IMG/VR virus record: IMGVR_UViG_3300042860_004714 | Strand: one strand, 5' to 3' | Source of the DNA: an uncultured virus (IMG/VR IMGVR_UViG_3300042860_004714) | Lineage: Duplodnaviria > Heunggongvirae > Uroviricota > Caudoviricetes | Length of the DNA: 64,000 nucleotides | The notes under the pieces: model-generated | What the model was told of the DNA's origin: nothing | Seen by the model: only the letters and a program-made list of their open reading frames with translations | The model's database searches: none | Translations under genes and position numbers: made by a program | In this document: positions 58,424 to 64,000 of the stretch, piece by piece | How the letters are laid out: every line of letters begins with the position of its first letter | Numbering within the stretch: position 1 is the stretch's first letter

Positions 58424-58666
58424 GTGGCGAAAGCGAACTACATCTTCCTCTTGGAACGTCTCGAAGGGGGGACGTGGGATTCAGTGTACGAAGTAGTCGC
58501 AATCGGACCAGACGAAGAGACTGTTCGTGAGATGGTGCTCGAAAAGTTTGATTACGACCCAAGCAGGTGGCCCACCTGGGAAAGCGGTGTCGAGGTGAAG
58601 AAAGTCGGAATCGCCTTCCCAGGTGAGGGGCCTCGCATACTCACCTACTACCAAACGCATGGATGA
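58424..58666 (+). CDS. Hypothetical protein
   Basis: GGAGG RBS. Confidence 0.65.
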   Translation: MAKANYIFLLERLEGGTWDSVYEVVAIGPDEETVREMVLEKFDYDPSRWPTWESGVEVKKVGIAFPGEGPRILTYYQTHG

Positions 58667-58670
58667 AACA

Positions 58671-59192
58671 ATGGCAAAGTACAAGTTCACGATCGAGATT
58701 GACGAAGAGATGCTTCAGCTGATGCTCGAAGCGCTCGAGTTCTACGAGCGTGTCGTGGGGCTCGGGCAGATCGAAGAGGTCGGTTACGCCTACAGGATCA
58801 AAAAGAAACTCACGACTTCTTGGACAGAGCACAACGAGAGGATGAAGATCGCGGATCTCGCGCTCGACACGTTCAAGATGGCCGTTGTCGGAATGCCGCG
58901 GAACCAAAGCCACGGTATCTACAGCCCCGAGGTGAACGACAACATCAAGAAGATGTACGACATGTACAAGACCTTGCGCAAGAGCCTTGCAGAGTCCCGA
59001 TTGCGCGAGGCGATCGAAGCAGGGAACACAGAAACTGCCAACCACTTGAGGATGACGGTAGACATGCAAGGCTTCAGCGGCGTCTACTTCTCAGAGCCGC
59101 CCGTGCATGTCAGTTTCGTGCCCATGGCGCAAGAATCTCAGGCCGAGCCCGAAGAGGTGAACGATGCAACTCCCGAAGAAGTCGAACCTTGA
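58671..59192 (+). CDS. Hypothetical protein
   Basis: Coding bias. Confidence 0.7.
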   Translation: MAKYKFTIEIDEEMLQLMLEALEFYERVVGLGQIEEVGYAYRIKKKLTTSWTEHNERMKIADLALDTFKMAVVGMPRNQSHGIYSPEVNDNIKKMYDMYKTLRKSLAESRLREAIEAGNTETANHLRMTVDMQGFSGVYFSEPPVHVSFVPMAQESQAEPEEVNDATPEEVEP

Positions 59193-59409
59193 CGCTTACG
59201 TGCTTCGAGGCCGAGATCCAAACCAGTTAGACGCTTCCTTTTGGGAGGGACAAGAAGCAGCAAAGAACGCGCTCAAGCCATTCCGAGATGTTCGGTATGA
59301 GCTTCTGAGAGTGCAGGTAAACGACAACGTGGTTTGGGCTCTCGACCAAGTGTGGGTCACACTACCCACAGGCAAAGTCAACTACATTCCCGAGGTGGAT
59401 GATGCGTGA
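59164..59409 (+). CDS. Hypothetical protein
   Basis: GAGGTG RBS. Confidence 0.55.
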   Translation: MQLPKKSNLDAYVLRGRDPNQLDASFWEGQEAAKNALKPFRDVRYELLRVQVNDNVVWALDQVWVTLPTGKVNYIPEVDDA

Positions 59410-59593
59410 CGACGATATGAAGTTTCAGGATCCGGGCGGTCGCTCTGCTCTGCGCCGGGCAAGCAAGAGCAATCCGAGAAAGTATCCTTGTCCGACCTGC
59501 AAACAGCCTGACCGACTGACCCCTGCGGATGTTCGGCTTGGTTACCAGTGCGATACTTGTGCAGACAAGTTGGAGATGGGATGGGACTACTGA
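59402..59593 (+). CDS. Small zinc-finger protein
   Basis: PCPTC and YQCDTCAD. Confidence 0.65.
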   Translation: MRDDDMKFQDPGGRSALRRASKSNPRKYPCPTCKQPDRLTPADVRLGYQCDTCADKLEMGWDY

Positions 59594-59751
59594 AAAAGGT
59601 GTTTGTGTGGTGCACTCGATGCCACGGTTCGGGTATCTCCTACACGACGCCCGGCAACAAGCCTGCCGATGGGCCTGATGATTGCCCTGCCTGCAGAGGC
59701 ATGGGTCAAGTCGAGCAGCTTGTCGACGAAACAGACCCGGAACAAGATTGA
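59581..59751 (+). CDS. Small DnaJ-type CxxCxGxG zinc-finger protein
   Basis: CTRCHGSG and CPACRGMG. Confidence 0.65.
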   Translation: MGLLKKVFVWCTRCHGSGISYTTPGNKPADGPDDCPACRGMGQVEQLVDETDPEQD

Positions 59752-59753
59752 GT

Positions 59754-60212
59754 GTGAAAAAGCTGTTCGCGACGGGTGTGCACGAGCCCGTTGCGAACAT
59801 ACTTCCCGGTAAGTTCTTCTATTGCAGCATGTCCTTTTCGTATGCGGCGCTACGCGAGTACCCGAAGCTGACTGAGCAGCTCACTCGAATGAGCGATGGC
59901 TTGCAACAGCCGAAAGTATCCTTCTGGCGAGAAGACCTCGAGCCAGGAGGTCACTTCGGGCCGACGCGAATGCACGTAGATGGGAAAGGGGACATTTCTG
60001 AGATCCACAGATTGTTTATCGTAGGCGGGCTTCCCACCGAAGCACACGACGGAAGCTTGTTACAGACAGGAGCTGTGTGGGAATACTCAGGTGACTTTGT
60101 TCACCGCGGCTTACCCGTCACGCAACCTTGTCAGCGCCTGATGCTGAGAGTGTCACAAACAACAATGCACACGAGGGAGACGTTTTGCTTGAGAACAAAG
60201 CACAAGAAGTGA
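59754..60212 (+). CDS. Possible 2OG-Fe(II) oxygenase-like protein
   Basis: HVD...HRG...R.MLR arrangement. Confidence 0.45.
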   Translation: MKKLFATGVHEPVANILPGKFFYCSMSFSYAALREYPKLTEQLTRMSDGLQQPKVSFWREDLEPGGHFGPTRMHVDGKGDISEIHRLFIVGGLPTEAHDGSLLQTGAVWEYSGDFVHRGLPVTQPCQRLMLRVSQTTMHTRETFCLRTKHKK

Positions 60213-60484
60213 AGAAGGAACTGCAAAAGCTTGTTCCTGACGCCGAGGTCGAGATCTCAGAGACAACGGACAAGGAAGAGTACGCTTACCTGATAATCTC
60301 GGCGGACTACGTTATCGAAGACGAAGTCAGCGTCATTTTGGGCTATGCCAAAGAAGACGAAAGCTTCTTCGTGGGATTGGATGACGGGTACAATTCAGAC
60401 GAGGATGAGCAAAGTATTTTGTTTATCACTGTGAAGGATGAAGTTGTCGTTCCCGTTGCGGTCCGTTTCCTGGTAGGAGAGTGA
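60209..60484 (+). CDS. Hypothetical acidic protein
   Basis: GTGA-coupled ORF; start uncertain. Confidence 0.55.
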   Translation: MKKELQKLVPDAEVEISETTDKEEYAYLIISADYVIEDEVSVILGYAKEDESFFVGLDDGYNSDEDEQSILFITVKDEVVVPVAVRFLVGE

Positions 60485-60485
60485 T

Positions 60486-61037
60486 ATGGGAAGGGATGAG
60501 GCCAAGAAAGTTGACGTAGGCACTCGGCTGTACGTCGCCCCTGGCACTACGATCAAGAGCGCTATTTCGGGAAAGACGTTCAAGTTGACCGTAAACCGCA
60601 TTCTTGGTCTTGACTACGACAATCTTCTGGAAGAAGGCAAAGTCTATCGCGTAGTCAAACGTGAAAATGGTCTGTACTTGTGCCCCGTCGGTATGTCTGC
60701 CATCACAGACGAAGAGCTGTTGGACGTATTCCTTGAGACAGAGATCGTCGACTGTCCTCGCTACTATGCGTCAAAGCAGACGAAAGAAGAGCTGCGAAAG
60801 AGGATCGTTGCGCACGTGAGCCGCGTGAACCATCAGTTCTTGAACGTGTGCCTCCTCACGCGAAGCTTGCTGGAAGAGATCACAGTATCGTACATCTACG
60901 CGGAGTCGGATTTCAGTGTGAAGCGATTGTTCGAGAAGATGGAGGGAGGCAACGAAAAGCTGAAAACGATGGCGAAATCGGTAGAAGTGAAGATAAAGCG
61001 TTCCATGATCGAGGAGGCGAGAGGGAAAAATGGATGA
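60486..61037 (+). CDS. Hypothetical protein
   Basis: AGGAG RBS. Confidence 0.7.
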   Translation: MGRDEAKKVDVGTRLYVAPGTTIKSAISGKTFKLTVNRILGLDYDNLLEEGKVYRVVKRENGLYLCPVGMSAITDEELLDVFLETEIVDCPRYYASKQTKEELRKRIVAHVSRVNHQFLNVCLLTRSLLEEITVSYIYAESDFSVKRLFEKMEGGNEKLKTMAKSVEVKIKRSMIEEARGKNG

Positions 61038-61860
61038 GATCTACACCCCCATTCTGTGGTCTTCGTGGTACATGCACAAGCAGATGTTCGCGGAAGGTGA
61101 GGAGAAGGTCAAGGCTCTTTTCGCGGAAAAGAAGCACGAACGGGACAACTTCCACTTCTCGTTCGGAAGTCGCAACAAGTTCATGCTGTCCAGTCACTCT
61201 GACGGCTACGGCGGAGACGGACTTGTGGTGCTGCTTTCGTACAGCAAACCAGAAGCGGGTCGAGGCCAAACGCACAGCCACTCGTGCTACATCAACATCA
61301 AGCTGGCTGTGAGGAGGAAGAAGAAAGGCAAGGACGCAATGCCCACGAACGAAGAGACTTTCACCACTATCTTCGAGGGGCGAGAGGCTGTCAGCATAGA
61401 GACGATGTTTAGTGCTGCGGCAGGAGAAAAGAGCGCGAACGACACGCGCATCTTGCTGAAGTTTGTGGGTATGAACAAGAATCTGGACGATTGGGATGAA
61501 ATCATCCAGAACCCGTTTCCTTCCTCCTTGTTCGACGTAAACTTGTCCAGAAAGGACGCAGAAAGGCTGTGCATTATGCTGCTTAGCCCAGACCAAAGCA
61601 CATTCCACACAGGCAAAGAGCTGGCGAAAGTCTACCCCGGCTTGTCTGCACTCTTCTACGTGAACGATATCATGACAGAGGAAATGAACTACTCTTGGGG
61701 CAGCCGAGATGACTGGAGCCGCGTGAACAAATACTTCGCCAAGCCGGCGGACGGAGTTGTTGACGCTTCGAAAGCGTTCGGTTCGATCTACGCGGAGTGC
61801 ATTGAAGCCATGTTTGCATGCAAGAAATTGCGTAGGCTGTATAACCCTAAGACGAAATAG
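61030..61860 (+). CDS. Hypothetical protein
   Basis: 276-aa ORF. Confidence 0.7.
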   Translation: MDEIYTPILWSSWYMHKQMFAEGEEKVKALFAEKKHERDNFHFSFGSRNKFMLSSHSDGYGGDGLVVLLSYSKPEAGRGQTHSHSCYINIKLAVRRKKKGKDAMPTNEETFTTIFEGREAVSIETMFSAAAGEKSANDTRILLKFVGMNKNLDDWDEIIQNPFPSSLFDVNLSRKDAERLCIMLLSPDQSTFHTGKELAKVYPGLSALFYVNDIMTEEMNYSWGSRDDWSRVNKYFAKPADGVVDASKAFGSIYAECIEAMFACKKLRRLYNPKTK

Positions 61861-61875
61861 CATCGGCCAACCAGC

Positions 61876-61903
61876 TTGACTCCCCGTGACGCAGAGTTAG
61901 AAT
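61876..61903 (+). promoter_or_regulatory. Putative sigma70-type promoter
   Basis: TTGACT-16 bp-TAGAAT in intergenic gap. Confidence 0.5.
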
Positions 61904-61935
61904 TCTCACGCCCACTTTCGGGCCGTGAGGAAGAT

Positions 61936-62211
61936 ATGTCTAGCTTGCAAATCCAGTTCCCGATGAGCCCAAAGATCGATCGGGAAGACAACGAGTACTT
62001 TATCGGTTCCGCCCACGGACCCTTCACCGTGGACTTGAGCAACGCAACGTTCCTCTTCTTCCCTCCCGTCGACGACGATCCCAAGTCTCGCGGGACCTTG
62101 CTCATTCGGCCGAGCAACTACGTGAACCGCCACAAAGTCAAAGATGATCGCCCGAACGAGCAGTCGAACTGGGCTGACGACGACAGAGACGGGGATCGCG
62201 ATCGTGATTGA
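61936..62211 (+). CDS. Hypothetical monocistronic protein
   Basis: GAGG RBS; own promoter and downstream hairpin. Confidence 0.65.
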   Translation: MSSLQIQFPMSPKIDREDNEYFIGSAHGPFTVDLSNATFLFFPPVDDDPKSRGTLLIRPSNYVNRHKVKDDRPNEQSNWADDDRDGDRDRD

Positions 62212-62238
62212 TTGACCCGAAAATTGTTTGACAGCAGT

Positions 62239-62275
62239 CACCCCCGAAGGACGCTTGCAGGCGCCTTCGGGGGTG
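62239..62275 (+). terminator. Terminator-like hairpin
   Basis: CACCCCCGAAGG..CCTTCGGGGGTG. Confidence 0.6.
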
Positions 62276-62309
62276 TAGCTTTACCTACAACGCAAGAGGG
62301 CTACAGAGA

Positions 62310-62663
62310 ATGCACAAGGAAAAGTTCGACATCGTCTTCATCCACACCAAGAACGCAGGCGAGATGACGATCGCCCGGTCGTTTCGGTCGAGCAGAGCTG
62401 CTACCGAGGTGTGGTTCCCCTCGAAGAAGATCAGAGCCGCCATCAAGAAGGTGATGAACAAGAAGTCCGACATCAAGAACGTGAAGAATGTTGTCTTTTC
62501 AAACATCTCTTCGGACGACTTGTTCGAGATCATTCGACTGCTCGGTGGCCTCGACGATAGCATGCACGAAGACGGTCAGCTTCCTGCAGGCTGCATCAGC
62601 ACAAAGCTGACCGAGCTTGAGCTCATCGCGAAAAACTACGACTTCGCGCTGTCGCTTGTGTAG
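62310..62663 (+). CDS. Hypothetical protein
   Basis: Coding bias. Confidence 0.65.
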   Translation: MHKEKFDIVFIHTKNAGEMTIARSFRSSRAATEVWFPSKKIRAAIKKVMNKKSDIKNVKNVVFSNISSDDLFEIIRLLGGLDDSMHEDGQLPAGCISTKLTELELIAKNYDFALSLV

Positions 62664-62665
62664 AC

Positions 62666-63175
62666 ATGATCACAGTTCTAGGAGAACACACACTGAAACT
62701 GGACGGGCAAGACGTAGTGCTCGTCGAGCTGAAAGATGAGACGACGGGGGCAATCTCTTTCGTAACCAAGTATCCGGTGACGAGAGACTTGTTTCCTGCG
62801 ATTGAACCAAGCGGGAAAGCCAGCGAAGCCCTGCAAATCGAGGAGAGGAACTTCAACTTAGGCACGACAGAAGCTGTGATCGAAGAGGTTGCGAAGCAAG
62901 ATCCTATCCTTTCGCACTACCAGTACCCCGAGAGAACAGACCACCTGCTCCGAGCGGTAAGCGAAGACAGTGGTCTGAGAGCATCTTTGCTCTCGAGCAG
63001 CTTGCTGAAAAAGATGTTTTTGACCGAGAGGATGTTCGGAAACGATCTTGTCTTGTCCCATGAAGTTGCGTTCAAAGAGAACAGATTGCCATTCCGTCTG
63101 AGCCACGCAACACAGAGTGTTTGCGGAGTGCTCTTTATCCCCTGCAACATCCCTGTCCTAGTGAGGAAGTCATGA
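62666..63175 (+). CDS. Hypothetical protein
   Basis: ATGA-coupled to next gene. Confidence 0.65.
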   Translation: MITVLGEHTLKLDGQDVVLVELKDETTGAISFVTKYPVTRDLFPAIEPSGKASEALQIEERNFNLGTTEAVIEEVAKQDPILSHYQYPERTDHLLRAVSEDSGLRASLLSSSLLKKMFLTERMFGNDLVLSHEVAFKENRLPFRLSHATQSVCGVLFIPCNIPVLVRKS

Positions 63176-64000
63176 AGTTCGCCCAAGCTGTCCGTCTCGT
63201 CTGCGCCAACCACAAGTCCAGCACGAAGCAGACGTTGTTTTTCCTCGGCCCGCCCGGCATCGGCAAGAGCAGCATCGCTTACGAGGCGAAGCGGGTGCTG
63301 AAAGAGACTGACTTGATCGACGTTGACGTGGTTGTTGTCGACCTCAGCAACGCTTTGCCCGAAGACCTCAACGGTCTGCCGAAGACTGAAGGCGAGGTGA
63401 TGCGCTTCATTCCAGACGAATGGCTGCACCGCCTTTGTCGGCCGGGGGCACAAGCTATTTTGGTGCTCGACGACCTCGCAGCGGCCTCGTCTGCCATTCA
63501 GGTGGCCACTCGTCAGCTTGCGCTCGATCGCAGGATTCACAATCACATCTTGTCTGATGGCGTAAGCATCATCGTCACGGGTAACAGGTCAACAGACGGC
63601 GCGAAAGCCACACAGCTTCCGAGCCACTTCCGCAACTCAGTGCTTCTGATCTCGATCGATCCCGACTTTGATGCGTGGGTTTCGTGGTACAGGCACCAAG
63701 AGAACGTCGACCGCTCTATTGTCTCGTTCCTGTTATTCGCAAAGAAGTTCTTCAGCACTGTGCCGCAAGAAGCCGACAAGCTCGGAGCTTTCGCTACTCC
63801 CCGTTCGTGGTCGATGCTGGGTAGGTTGCTGCCACAAGTCGTGCCCTTGGGGGACGAAGACATTCTTCGCGAGACAGTCCACGGCCTCGTCGGCACAGGG
63901 CCGGGCGTAGAGTACTTGGCCTTCCGGTCCATGCAGAACGACACTGTCGACATCCAAGACTTCTTGCGAGACCCGAAAAGGACGCTGCCTGCTCCTTCCG
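63172..64000 (+). CDS. Second MoxR-like AAA+ ATPase, paralog of 43838..44953 (runs off window)
   Basis: Manual translation: GPPGIGKS, LPEDLNGLPKTEGEVMRF, LVLDD, VTGNR, HFRNSV, FATPRSW. Confidence 0.9.
   Translation, partial: MKFAQAVRLVCANHKSSTKQTLFFLGPPGIGKSSIAYEAKRVLKETDLIDVDVVVVDLSNALPEDLNGLPKTEGEVMRFIPDEWLHRLCRPGAQAILVLDDLAAASSAIQVATRQLALDRRIHNHILSDGVSIIVTGNRSTDGAKATQLPSHFRNSVLLISIDPDFDAWVSWYRHQENVDRSIVSFLLFAKKFFSTVPQEADKLGAFATPRSWSMLGRLLPQVVPLGDEDILRETVHGLVGTGPGVEYLAFRSMQNDTVDIQDFLRDPKRTLPAPS

Overview
This window looks like 64 kb of a large (possibly jumbo) dsDNA phage genome. It has about 90 densely packed, translationally coupled genes, almost all on the + strand and mostly hypothetical. 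Recognisable genes include rIIA/rIIB, a 9-tRNA operon, dNMP kinase, DNA methyltransferase, MazG, SLOG, SLT, four AAA+ ATPases and two VWA proteins; no structural or polymerase genes are seen. Host-type cargo (type I-MYXAN-like Cas6, a MopE-type Cys/Asp-repeat lipoprotein, a very GC-rich FGE-sulfatase domain) suggests a Myxococcota-like host, which is an inference. The most unusual elements are: (1) three unrelated genes each preceded by the same ~165-bp highly structured leader, downstream of a 9-bp CpG satellite and divergent from a catalytically dead, truncated tyrosine-recombinase-fold gene; (2) a GATAAC-N8-GTTATC site occurring as inverted pairs in both large intergenic regions; (3) a stand-alone cas6 with no array in the window; (4) five or six divergent paralogs of an unknown family coupled to a MoxR-like AAA and DUF2201-VWA pair; (5) two unassigned structured RNAs inside the tRNA operon; (6) a 2.1-kb insert between 99-bp direct repeats carrying a DGR-target-like FGE gene; (7) a tandem array of length-variable pentapeptide-repeat genes. 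All family calls come from motif recognition by eye, not database searches.
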